Below, piece by piece: positions 15,887 through 25,026 of a DNA stretch of 64,000 bases (within the stretch, counting starts at the first letter, position 1; each line of letters opens with the position of its first letter). The notes under the pieces were generated by a model. That model made no database searches, was not told the origin of the DNA, and worked only from the letters and a program-made list of their open reading frames with translations. The translations under genes were made by a program, and so were the position numbers. This DNA is from Candidatus Omnitrophota bacterium (GTDB lineage Bacteria; Omnitrophota; Gorgyraeia; Velamenicoccales; JABMQK01). Location of the stretch: assembly GCA_028711115.1 (NCBI GenBank), contig JAQTSV010000001.1:1111005-1175004 (forward strand). Reading direction: 5' to 3'.

Positions 15887-17380
15887 TTATTTATTTTCCC
15901 AGATACTTAATGCCTTATCAATTTCTCCCTTGCGATATTGATAATCAGCTTGTTCTCTCTGTTCAAATATTTCCTTATTTAATGGTTCTTGTTTCGGAGA
16001 TTGAGACTTGGCTAAATCAATGCCCGGGGTCTTTAAAATCCTGGGGGTAATAAATACCAATAGCTCACGGTTTTTATCATCCCTGTCTTTGTGTCTGAAC
16101 ATAGCACCAGCAAAAGGAATATCCCCTAGAATCGGTACCTTTTTTCTCGTGTCGTTTAAGTCTTTTCTTAACAATCCTCCGATGACGACTGTTTCACCGT
16201 CCAAGACAGATATTGTAACTTTGGCGCTTCTTTCCTGAGGGTCAAAATAGCCGGTTAAATTGCTGTCCTCAACTGAAGAAATTGTAGGTTCTAACACCAT
16301 AGTAACTTCACCAGTCTCCGCATTTACGCTTGGCGTGACTTTAAGCGTAACGCCGACTTCGTATCTTTCGGCAGATGTACTCTGGGCATCACCTTGCTGA
16401 TCATAAGTAACGACTGTACCGACTGCGTCATTACCTGTAATCTTGATTTCTGCGGTTTCGTTGCTTAAAGTACGGATTCTCGGCCTGGCCAAAACTTTCG
16501 TGTTTTTATCTGTAATCAACAACTGTAGAGTTGCAGAAGATGAATCAGTGGGGACGCTAATAGAACCAGTAGTGATTTGCGTTTTAGCGATATCCCTGGC
16601 TACACTGCCGAAAGTATCAAAAGGAAAAGCCATACCTGTCCTGCCGGCAAGAGTCAGGGTATATAATGTACCGGACCACTCCATGCCTAATGTGTCCACT
16701 AATTGTTTTGTAGTATCAATTATTTCTGCCTCAATTACAACCTGGGGCACAGGTACGTCGAGTTTCTTAATCATTTCCTCAATACGTTCAAACCGCGAAG
16801 GCAAATCCGTAATAACTAAGCTGTTTGTCCGGGAATCTTCGCTTATTCTTCCTTCCCCGGAAATTAAATTCTGTAGAGCATCTGCCAAACTAGAGCCAGA
16901 TGTACTTGTCCCGGAAGCAGTATTTAAAGGAGACGAATTCACGCGAGCATATTTTAAGGTATATACCCTGGTAATTGTCTTTATGGGCTCTTCTTCCGGT
17001 GGCGGAGGCGGCTGTAGTTCCTTTACCACAAAGATATTGCTGCCTTCATCTAATTCATAAACTAAATTATATGAACTTAGAATCTTTTCCAGAGCGTCTC
17101 TTATAGGAACATTATCTAAATATAGCGTAATTGACTTATCAGCCACTTCTTGTGCCGCAATAAAATTCAAACCGGATTGCTGCGAGAATATTTTAAGTAC
17201 ATTGATGAGGCTGGCGCCCTCTAAATCCAGGGATATCTTTCGCCAAGATGCCTGCGTCAATAATTCCTCACTTAAACCTGCGAAGGTGGAATCAGGGAAA
17301 GAGAAAATCACAAGCAATAGGGAGAATACTAAAATAATAAATATCGAAAGAAATGATCTATTTGCCTTTTTGTTAAACAT
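15887..17380 (-). CDS. pilQ: Secretin, PilQ/GspD family.
   Basis: Signal peptide, N-domains, C-terminal secretin motif VVIGGLLRKD...VPILGDIPFAGAMF...LLVFITPRIL. Confidence 0.85.
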   Translation of the reverse strand: MFNKKANRSFLSIFIILVFSLLLVIFSFPDSTFAGLSEELLTQASWRKISLDLEGASLINVLKIFSQQSGLNFIAAQEVADKSITLYLDNVPIRDALEKILSSYNLVYELDEGSNIFVVKELQPPPPPEEEPIKTITRVYTLKYARVNSSPLNTASGTSTSGSSLADALQNLISGEGRISEDSRTNSLVITDLPSRFERIEEMIKKLDVPVPQVVIEAEIIDTTKQLVDTLGMEWSGTLYTLTLAGRTGMAFPFDTFGSVARDIAKTQITTGSISVPTDSSSATLQLLITDKNTKVLARPRIRTLSNETAEIKITGNDAVGTVVTYDQQGDAQSTSAERYEVGVTLKVTPSVNAETGEVTMVLEPTISSVEDSNLTGYFDPQERSAKVTISVLDGETVVIGGLLRKDLNDTRKKVPILGDIPFAGAMFRHKDRDDKNRELLVFITPRILKTPGIDLAKSQSPKQEPLNKEIFEQREQADYQYRKGEIDKALSIWENK

Positions 17381-17400
17381 CCTACACCCCCCTGTTTACA

Positions 17401-17805
17401 CTATTGATTATTTAGTTCTATTGTTCTTTTCAGAGCAATAGTATATTCCTTGTCATCAAAAACTAAAGTTATGCCTTCTTTTTCGATCTTGGTAATCTGG
17501 GCACCATCAAGCTTATCGCCTATGCCGTAAATCTTATTGTTAATTATCACTTTGGGTTTGTCGCTACCCCAGATTAGACCACTAAGTTTATAGCCTGAAG
17601 TATTGAATGTCACCTCTGGCTCAATGACAACGGGTTGTTCCACTACGGTTTCGACTTCTGGTTGAGGTTCAACTTTTACTTCCGGCAACCAATCCTTAAA
17701 AGGATTTTTCTTTTCCTCAGAAAATCCCATACTGAGAAAAACAAAATTCAGCAGAAGAACACCGATGAATACAATTACCTTATTTTTAAAAGTGCCTTTT
17801 AACAT
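17401..17805 (-). CDS. Small TM-anchored protein, PilP-like (pilus assembly/secretin-associated).
   Basis: N-terminal TM helix, Pro/Glu-rich linker, C-terminal beta-rich domain. Sits between the PilO-like gene and the secretin. Confidence 0.4.
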   Translation of the reverse strand: MLKGTFKNKVIVFIGVLLLNFVFLSMGFSEEKKNPFKDWLPEVKVEPQPEVETVVEQPVVIEPEVTFNTSGYKLSGLIWGSDKPKVIINNKIYGIGDKLDGAQITKIEKEGITLVFDDKEYTIALKRTIELNNQ

Positions 17806-17806
17806 T

Positions 17807-18334
17807 TTATTTTTTAGATATGAATGCCGTAATGCTTAAAAAAGCCTCGACCAGAGGACTCTCTGATTGTTCTAATTCAGGCGTAATTTGCAAACGTGTA
17901 ATCTTTGTCAATGTCTCCAGATTCTCAATCTCTGACAGAAACATCACTAAATCAGAATAATCTGCCCTGATATTCATGCTCATATCCAACGTAAAATAAT
18001 ATTGCTGATCTTGCAATCCGGATGGATCAAAGCTAGAAATATCGATATTATGTTTTGAAGCCAAATCGTTAATCTTGCCCATCACAGAAACTGTTTCCTT
18101 TGTCTGCCATCCTATATTTTTTAATTTATCGAATTCCTGGGATAATTTTTTTATTTTATTGGCTAATTCTATTTCCTGCTGATAAGTTTGAATCTTACCC
18201 CTTATGCTGCTTGACCTCATCTTTTGGTGATCCCAAATTTTTCTGCCTAAAAACAAGGTTATAAGAGCTACCACAATTATAAAAATCAGGTCTTTATTCT
18301 TTCTGAAATCAAATTTTTTAAAAAGTTCTGTCAT
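17807..18334 (-). CDS. PilO-like inner-membrane pilus assembly protein.
   Basis: Single N-terminal TM helix, coiled-coil segment; lies directly downstream of the PilM-PilN fusion. Confidence 0.5.
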   Translation of the reverse strand: MTELFKKFDFRKNKDLIFIIVVALITLFLGRKIWDHQKMRSSSIRGKIQTYQQEIELANKIKKLSQEFDKLKNIGWQTKETVSVMGKINDLASKHNIDISSFDPSGLQDQQYYFTLDMSMNIRADYSDLVMFLSEIENLETLTKITRLQITPELEQSESPLVEAFLSITAFISKK

Positions 18335-18336
18335 AT

Positions 18337-19911
18337 TTAACCCGCTATCTCAACATCGATTTCGAATCTGGTTACTTTATAGGTATTCATAATATCGCTT
18401 TTTAAAGACTTAACCGATATATTATTTACCTTATTAGAAAACAGAGGGCTGTTCTTCAGGTTAGAGATACAATTATAAGGTGCATCGACGGCTTCTTTTT
18501 CGTTCTCTCTGTAAACCAAGCCTTTCAAGTAAAGATACTTATTCGATCTATTAAAAGAAATCTCTTCAAGCCATACTCCTTCAGGCAGAAGATTAGGTAA
18601 AACCTCCAATTTTTCAGAAATAAGGATATCCTTTACGAAAAGCTTTTTATAAACCGCTAACTTATCGATAAGGTTATTATGTAAAACTTCCAAGGTTGCT
18701 GCATCCAAACCCTTGAGATCACTGCTTAACGCAGAATCTATTTCTTTAGAGACTGTCTCCAGCTGCCGACCGATTGGCTTTATGCTCAAGTCGGACAACA
18801 TAAATATACCCACCAATACTGCAGAAGCTATAGCCAGAGTCTTTATAATTTTAGCCTTGGGGATATCTAATATTTCACCCACTATGTCAGAAAGAATCTG
18901 AATATAGGAAGATAGAAAACCAAGGGCGAATTTCTGCTTCTTACCTAGATTAATAATAAGAGAAGACGGTTTATTTATACGTAATGATGCGCCTAATGCC
19001 TTTGCCAAATCCAGGCTATACTCTTCTTTGAACCCAAACATTTCATCTGTGTTCTTATATTGGACCGGCATTCCCAATTCTTTATTAAAGGCACTGACTA
19101 ATTCTTTTGATTCCTGCTTGGCCAAAACTACAATCCGGTCAACGCCCTTCTTCAAAAATTGTCTGCGGAAATAATCTATAGAAACCCTGACTTCGTTTAT
19201 TATACGGAAGGACACAGACTCCATATCCGCTTCCGCAGATTCAGGGCCACCAGCTATCTTTATATCCCTGGAAAAACAGGGTATACCATTGTCTACTATC
19301 GCGATAGTGCCTTCATCCCGCTCTAGCTCAATAACCACCACTGATTCTTTATTTGACATTATCTTTTTGACCTTAAGTAACCTAAAAAGAGAAAACTGTG
19401 ATGGTTCTATTGCCGCCACATTGAGCTTTAATTGGGTTAATATGGAATTGTATTTCTGGAGGTTATCATTTTTGATACCGGCAAAGAGCACCTCTATAAT
19501 ATTTTTCTGGGAGAATGTCTGGTAATCATAAGTAATTTCTTCCAGTTTAAAAGGTATGTATTTCTTTATCTCGAAACCAATACTGGCATCAATATCTTTT
19601 CTGGGAATCTGCGGAATCTCAAAAAACCTGACTATTAAATCCCGGTAAGGCACGCAAACAACAATTCCGGTATTCTCCAGATTGACCCTGGAATCGCGTA
19701 TCCTTCTCTGTAGAAACGCTACGATTTCTACTTCATTATCTAAGAATACGCTGAAAATATTATCCTTGGGAACTGTTACGCCCGAGGGCGCAGCAATGTC
19801 TTTAGGGTAAGGCGCATAGATATGGTTTTTTATCTTACCGGTACTAGCAGTCTCTACTATGCTTAAACCCTGAGAACCTAAAAATATGCCTACTGCATTC
19901 TTATCAAACAT
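18337..19911 (-). CDS. pilM: PilM-PilN fusion (actin-like ATPase domain plus TM segment and a PilN-like periplasmic domain).
   Basis: 524 aa. N-terminal PilM-like fold. Internal TM helix IIKTLAIASAVLVGIFML, then a PilN-like C-terminal region. Confidence 0.65.
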   Translation of the reverse strand: MFDKNAVGIFLGSQGLSIVETASTGKIKNHIYAPYPKDIAAPSGVTVPKDNIFSVFLDNEVEIVAFLQRRIRDSRVNLENTGIVVCVPYRDLIVRFFEIPQIPRKDIDASIGFEIKKYIPFKLEEITYDYQTFSQKNIIEVLFAGIKNDNLQKYNSILTQLKLNVAAIEPSQFSLFRLLKVKKIMSNKESVVVIELERDEGTIAIVDNGIPCFSRDIKIAGGPESAEADMESVSFRIINEVRVSIDYFRRQFLKKGVDRIVVLAKQESKELVSAFNKELGMPVQYKNTDEMFGFKEEYSLDLAKALGASLRINKPSSLIINLGKKQKFALGFLSSYIQILSDIVGEILDIPKAKIIKTLAIASAVLVGIFMLSDLSIKPIGRQLETVSKEIDSALSSDLKGLDAATLEVLHNNLIDKLAVYKKLFVKDILISEKLEVLPNLLPEGVWLEEISFNRSNKYLYLKGLVYRENEKEAVDAPYNCISNLKNSPLFSNKVNNISVKSLKSDIMNTYKVTRFEIDVEIAG

Positions 19912-19929
19912 AATTCATCCTTATCTCGC

Positions 19930-20109
19930 CTATTTTACTTTTGTTACACGTTGAGAACGTAACCATTTATCGATATCTCTCTTATCAAATCTCCAGACTC
20001 CGCCGACCTTAATACCTGTAATTTTGTTTTGATTGAGCCAATTGTATATAGTTTGTTTACGTAGCTTAAGGTAGTTAGCTAAATCTTCTACATCCATCAA
20101 TCTATACAT
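19930..20109 (-). CDS. Small helix-turn-helix DNA-binding protein (excisionase/MerR-like HTH_17 type), first gene of the pilus operon. Not in the ORF track because it is under 60 aa.
   Basis: Manual translation: MYRLMDVEDLANYLKLRKQTIYNWLNQNKITGIKVGGVWRFDKRDIDKWLRSQRVTKVK. The KxTIYxW...G...RF...DIDxWL pattern is typical of Xis/AlpA-type HTH proteins. Confidence 0.5.
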   Translation of the reverse strand: MYRLMDVEDLANYLKLRKQTIYNWLNQNKITGIKVGGVWRFDKRDIDKWLRSQRVTKVK

Positions 20110-20160
20110 GTCTATTCATCCTTGTCCGTCTGTAAAACCCTTGAGATGACCGTGTGTTTA

Positions 20161-20189
20161 ATTAAAACATATTTCTTTATTGTTGTCAA
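20161..20189 (-). promoter_or_regulatory. Putative sigma70-like promoter for the HTH-pilMNOPQ-pilBC operon: -35 TTGACA, 17 nt, -10 TTTAAT.
   Basis: Minus-strand TTGACAacaataaagaaatatgtTTTAAT, ~50 nt upstream of the HTH gene start. The region is AT-rich, so chance matches are possible. Confidence 0.3.
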
Positions 20190-20444
20190 GTGTTTTTTTA
20201 TATAATTTTACTTAGACTTACTTCTATTATAATATTACATCTTTTTAGCCTGTTTGTAGAAAACTGCAGAAATCTGCTAAAAAGACTCTAAATTTGATTA
20301 TATTAAGGCTGTCTTACATTCTGCCCTAAAAGACGCTATTATTACTTTATAATAACCAATCTTGTAACATATTATACTAACTATCCTAACTGATTGTGGA
20401 TTAAGGGGATATGATTAGACGAATTAGGGGGGATTGTAAAATAA

Positions 20445-20795
20445 CTATAAAGGTGTGCTGTAATCCAAGGTAATGTTCATCTTGGTCGTGCCTGGGAAAG
20501 TACTGGTGGTATTGGAAAAAATAACATTCCAGTTTTGAACGTCACTGTCATAACGACCAGTAACACTCTGCGGAGAAGCCAAGAAACTCTGCGTTCTTCG
20601 AATATTGTCTATCTGCCTCACCATCACCGCCTCAGTGGCATACTTAGCCTTGGCTCTGGCTATGTCATGTTCTACTAAGCGGGTCTGGTTGGCCAATAAA
20701 CTCAACATAACTGAAGATAGAATCATCAGAATAAAAATTATAGCTATGACTGTCAATAATGCTGCGCCTTTGTCTGTGGATAAAACCATTTTCAT
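20445..20795 (-). CDS. PilX-like minor pilin/pseudopilin-like membrane protein.
   Basis: N-terminus KGAALLTVIAIIFILMILSSVMLSLLANQTRLVEHDIARAKA resembles the PilX N-terminal domain. Confidence 0.45.
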   Translation of the reverse strand: MKMVLSTDKGAALLTVIAIIFILMILSSVMLSLLANQTRLVEHDIARAKAKYATEAVMVRQIDNIRRTQSFLASPQSVTGRYDSDVQNWNVIFSNTTSTFPGTTKMNITLDYSTPL

Positions 20796-20849
20796 AATTG
20801 TTTTGCCTGTTAAACCTATGGACTTAATAAATATGCAATTCGGAAGGGG

Positions 20850-21050
20850 CTATTTTCTAAGTTGTACGTTGTAATCGTCTCTCTCCTGCAATAAGATAAT
20901 ATGACCTTCCCGAGCCAACCAACCCAAACTCATCAAAGTAATATCCCGATCCCTGCCGATTCCTCTGAATAAGTTGGATAACTTTGCCTCGCCCTTCTGA
21001 TCCAAATAATGCCATATCTCGCCTGCGACTATGCCAATTTCCGTAATCAT
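20850..21050 (-). CDS. Small putative winged-helix DNA-binding protein (66 aa).
   Basis: Pattern of an HTH-like helix followed by a beta-hairpin (IWHYLDQKGEAKLSNLFRGIG...LGWLAREGHIILLQE). Weak. Confidence 0.3.
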   Translation of the reverse strand: MITEIGIVAGEIWHYLDQKGEAKLSNLFRGIGRDRDITLMSLGWLAREGHIILLQERDDYNVQLRK

Positions 21051-21204
21051 ATCATCTATCCCCTCTCTTTAATAACTGCCAAATTAACTGCCGGCAGTTA
21101 CATCTTCTGTTAACAGAACTCTTTTTTATAGTTATAACACTTATATCGGAATAAATCAAGAATTTTAAGGATGCTGTCTATTTCTATTTTTAAAATTATT
21201 CTTT

Positions 21205-21606
21205 TTATTCTTGGTTCGTGGCAATATTTACCTGGCTTATACCCATCTCCCGGCATAAATCCCAAATCTCTACGACTCTGCCCAAAGACGCTCTCTTATC
21301 AGCCCTTATGAGAATAGGCTTAGAAGTAAGTTTCCCCTTGGCTATATACGACTTCAGCTCTTCAAGAGTAAAAACATTTTCATTTAAATAAATGACATTT
21401 TCGCTGGACACAACGATAACAATATTCTTCTCCTGCATTACCTCGCTGGTAACAGCCTTGGGAAGATTTACCTTTATGCCTGGCTGCATAATAAAGCTGG
21501 AGGTAAGCATAAAAAATATTAAAAGCTGGAAAACAATATCTATCAGAGGCGCAATATCAAACGGCCGCAAACCATGCTCTAATTCTATGTGTCTTTTAAA
21601 TCTCAT
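21205..21606 (-). CDS. ExbD/TolR-family biopolymer transport protein.
   Basis: Single TM helix and IDIVFQLLIFFMLTS motif. 4-bp overlap with the upstream ExbB gene. Confidence 0.85.
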   Translation of the reverse strand: MRFKRHIELEHGLRPFDIAPLIDIVFQLLIFFMLTSSFIMQPGIKVNLPKAVTSEVMQEKNIVIVVSSENVIYLNENVFTLEELKSYIAKGKLTSKPILIRADKRASLGRVVEIWDLCREMGISQVNIATNQE

Positions 21607-22298
21607 TTATCCTTCTTTCCTTCTGATAGAAAATTAACCAATTCTGTGGCGTTACGTTCCATATCCAGAATAAAACTATTAATACTGCTGGCCAGGTAAT
21701 TATAAATTACAAATATAGGTATAGCGACTATAAGCCCTGCCACAGTGGTTATCAACGCCTCCCATATTCCTCCTGCAAGGTCTCCGGGATTAACCGGTGC
21801 AAAAGAAGAGGCCTTTGCCTGAATTACCTGAAAACATCTCACCAGTCCTGTTACTGTACCTAAAAGTCCCAGCAGCGGAGATATATGGGCTACAGTTGCC
21901 AAAGCGATTAGATTCTTCTCTAATTTAGGTATCTCATATAAAGAGGCATCTTCCATGGCCTGCCTTATTTCTTCTTTGCTCTTATCGTACTTTACGATAC
22001 CAGCCTTGAGTATACGGGCAATGGGGCTTCTGGAAGAATCGCATATTTCCACAGCCTCCTTTATTTTAAATTTACGGATAGTAGTCATAATATCATTTAG
22101 AAATTTATCTGTGCCAATCTTTACTTTGTGCAACTGCCATTTCTTTTCAATGGCAATAGCAAAACCGAATATGGAACAGAGGATAATCGGTATCATTACC
22201 GGTCCTCCTTTATACAATATGTCAATATTTCGATAAATGAGATAGGAAATTATAACGCTAACCGAAACCGAAATTGTTGTTATTAGTCTGTTAACCAT
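21603..22298 (-). CDS. MotA/TolQ/ExbB proton-channel family protein.
   Basis: Three TM helices, conserved C-terminal channel region (PLLGLLGTVTGLV). Confidence 0.85.
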   Translation of the reverse strand: MVNRLITTISVSVSVIISYLIYRNIDILYKGGPVMIPIILCSIFGFAIAIEKKWQLHKVKIGTDKFLNDIMTTIRKFKIKEAVEICDSSRSPIARILKAGIVKYDKSKEEIRQAMEDASLYEIPKLEKNLIALATVAHISPLLGLLGTVTGLVRCFQVIQAKASSFAPVNPGDLAGGIWEALITTVAGLIVAIPIFVIYNYLASSINSFILDMERNATELVNFLSEGKKDK

Positions 22299-22326
22299 GT
22301 ATGCCCCTTTCTTGTCCGATACCTTA

Positions 22327-24978
22327 TTAAGGTTTTGTGCCGATAACTTGTCGCAGTGATTCTATTTTTTCTTTAGCGTACTTTGATTCCGGAACATTAT
22401 AGTCAAACACTTTCTCATAAATATTTACTGCTTCCTGCCAGTTTTCCTTATCTTCGTAAATCCGCGCTGCCCTAAGCAAACCCTTTATTGCCCAAATTCT
22501 ATCTCCCCCATAAATATAAGGTATTTTTAAATATTCCTCCAGGGAGGTATCGATATTATTTGATTCCTCTGAACACTCGGCAATCTTAAATTGCAGCTCT
22601 ACACCAGATTCTCCGACGAGATACTTCATCGCCCCTCTGTAGTTATAAACGGCATCTGAGAAATTTCTGTCTTCTCTATATAAATCACCTAATTTAATAT
22701 AAGCGAGTTTTATAAATTTATTCGCAAAATCATTGTTGTCTTTACCCAGAGACTTATAAGTCGCGATAACTGGATTCTGGGTATTTGCTTTTTCTCCAGT
22801 ATAATCTAAAAAATCGCTTAATTCAAGCCCCTTATTTTCTTCTTTGGATACGGTCTTGGGAATTGACGAATCCATAGCAGAACAAGCCAGCTGTATCAAG
22901 TCCTTGTACATCTGTGCGGCTTCTTTTCGTTTATCCTGTTCTAAGAATAAATCGCCCAAGGCTAACATAGTCTTTAGTTTCACCTGTTTTAAATTGCAAC
23001 TTTCAAGAAGCTTGCTAAAACTTTCTGTCGCGCTGTCCAGTTTATTCTCTGCTAAGAAAGTCAGACCTATTTCATATCTGGCTTCCTGGACTAAATTATT
23101 ATACTCAGGATATTTCTGGATAATTGTTTCAAAACTATTCCTGGCGGATTCAAATAGTGAATTCTCGTAATAATACTGGCCTAACCAGAAAATCACATTT
23201 GGCGCAATAGACGACTCAGGGTATTCCTCTGTAAACTGCTTGAATTTACTTATGGCTTGCTTCTCTTCACCCATCTGATAAAGGGCGTTGGCTACCGCAT
23301 AATCCGACTTTTCTGCCAAATCTTTATTCTGTGCGAATTCTTTCAGGACCTTTTCAAAATTATCAATTGCCTCTTTGAACATTCCCCTGTTATTAAAAGA
23401 AACAGCAAGTAGATAAGACGCCCTGTCCCGGTACGGTGAATCAGGAAACGCATCTAAAAACTTCTGTAGTTGGTTACAGGATTCTTTAAATTCATTATTT
23501 TTAAAATAGGCGTAACCTAAATAATAATTTACTTCATCCAAAAGTTCTGACTGGGTAAACTTTTTATTAAATTCCCTCAAAGATGAAATAGCGGTTTCTG
23601 TCTTACCCAGCTTAAGATAAACAAGACTCAACTGATACCACACGTAATCATTATAAGAATTATAGGGGTAATCCTTGAGTATTCTCGTATATACATCAAT
23701 GGCCTTATCAAATTCCTGCCTATTCTGATATATGCCCCCCAGTTCGTATAATGAGCTAAGTTTTATCTGGTCGTCATTGCTCAAAGCAATTGCTTTTTGA
23801 AACTCCCCAAGAGCTGACCGGGGATCTTCTGTCTTAAGATAAATCCTGCCCAAGTTGTAATGCGCCTTGACCACTATCTCTTTTGTTTCCTTATCATCTA
23901 TTTTGCCGGCTCTGTATATAACCTTAAGGTATGCATCTGTAGCTTCTTCGAGACGCGATAAACCAACCAGACACTCTGCCTTCCCGAACAAAACCTGGAT
24001 TATCATATCGCTGCGCGGATACATCTTGATTAGCTCATTGTAATAATTAAGCGCTTCGTCTAATCTATTCAATCGATAATATAGAGTGGCCTTGCCAAAA
24101 TAGAAATTTTCCTTATTGAAATTTTTTACCTCTAATCCGTCTATCCTGGAAAATGCATCCTGCGATTCTTTCAATTTATTTTGTTTTAGATAAGACCAGG
24201 CCTCACCTTGCAAAGACGCTGCCTTTAGCCAATTGTCGTCGGTCTTCTCCAATGCCATGGAATAGTAGCTTATGGCTTTATCAAAATTATCCAAATAAAA
24301 ATTTGCATCCCCCATATAAAAATAGACCTTTGTTAATTTATCTGAATCCGGAAAAACCTTGGTAAAAATAGTGTAATTTTCCAGTACGCCGTTATAGTCT
24401 TTCTTCTGAAAGAGCGCCTCGCCTTTTTTAAACAGCGCCTCTTCCTGAATAGCATTATCTTCTGATCTAGTTAACGTATCGAATATCTGTTCCGCCTCAT
24501 CATACTTTCCGTCCTGTAAGAAAACCCAGCCCAGCAGCATCTTTGTCTCAAACAAGAGGCTGGAATTCGGATGCATTTCTACCATCTTCTTAAAATATTT
24601 GGCAGCTTCTTTATAATCTTTTACTTTTAAATATACCTGTCCTGACCAGTATAAAAATCTATCTTCAATACCATAAGATACGTAAGATTTTTCCAGTTTG
24701 GTGAGGATATCGCGCGCTTCGATAAATTTGTTATTTTGGAAAAAACACTGGGCAATATAAAGCCGAGCTTCGGTATTTGCTTGACTATCGGGAAAATCAT
24801 TTATAAATTTCTGGAATAAATTTAATGAAACGCCGTAAGAGCCGTCGTCATAAGCATTCTTTGCCACCAAGAATGCGTCTTCTTCACTTAATTCCTCGGC
24901 AAAAACCGCAATAGGAAGCGATATTATGAGGACAAAAAGGATAAATTTCTTAAACATAAGTGCTAATATAACACCCAA
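22327..24978 (-). CDS. Large exported tetratricopeptide-repeat protein (883 aa).
   Basis: Signal peptide followed by more than 15 TPR-like repeats (W/Y/A/F spacing). Lies upstream of ExbB/ExbD. Confidence 0.8.
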   Translation of the reverse strand: MGVILALMFKKFILFVLIISLPIAVFAEELSEEDAFLVAKNAYDDGSYGVSLNLFQKFINDFPDSQANTEARLYIAQCFFQNNKFIEARDILTKLEKSYVSYGIEDRFLYWSGQVYLKVKDYKEAAKYFKKMVEMHPNSSLLFETKMLLGWVFLQDGKYDEAEQIFDTLTRSEDNAIQEEALFKKGEALFQKKDYNGVLENYTIFTKVFPDSDKLTKVYFYMGDANFYLDNFDKAISYYSMALEKTDDNWLKAASLQGEAWSYLKQNKLKESQDAFSRIDGLEVKNFNKENFYFGKATLYYRLNRLDEALNYYNELIKMYPRSDMIIQVLFGKAECLVGLSRLEEATDAYLKVIYRAGKIDDKETKEIVVKAHYNLGRIYLKTEDPRSALGEFQKAIALSNDDQIKLSSLYELGGIYQNRQEFDKAIDVYTRILKDYPYNSYNDYVWYQLSLVYLKLGKTETAISSLREFNKKFTQSELLDEVNYYLGYAYFKNNEFKESCNQLQKFLDAFPDSPYRDRASYLLAVSFNNRGMFKEAIDNFEKVLKEFAQNKDLAEKSDYAVANALYQMGEEKQAISKFKQFTEEYPESSIAPNVIFWLGQYYYENSLFESARNSFETIIQKYPEYNNLVQEARYEIGLTFLAENKLDSATESFSKLLESCNLKQVKLKTMLALGDLFLEQDKRKEAAQMYKDLIQLACSAMDSSIPKTVSKEENKGLELSDFLDYTGEKANTQNPVIATYKSLGKDNNDFANKFIKLAYIKLGDLYREDRNFSDAVYNYRGAMKYLVGESGVELQFKIAECSEESNNIDTSLEEYLKIPYIYGGDRIWAIKGLLRAARIYEDKENWQEAVNIYEKVFDYNVPESKYAKEKIESLRQVIGTKP

Positions 24979-25026
24979 AAATTAGTAAATCAATACTATT
25001 CTACCTTGAGTAATTTAAGGATAAAT

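Noticed and set aside
16980-17000. GGCGGAGGCGG repeat in pilQ as a slippage-prone simple sequence repeat.
   Set aside because: It encodes a short poly-Pro/Glu linker (PPPPPEEEP) typical of secretin N-domain linkers. It is too short and too imperfect to flag.
20427-20432. G6 run near the stop codon of the PilX-like gene as a phase-variation tract.
   Set aside because: Only six residues, and it lies at the extreme 3' end of, or just beyond, the ORF where slippage would have little effect.
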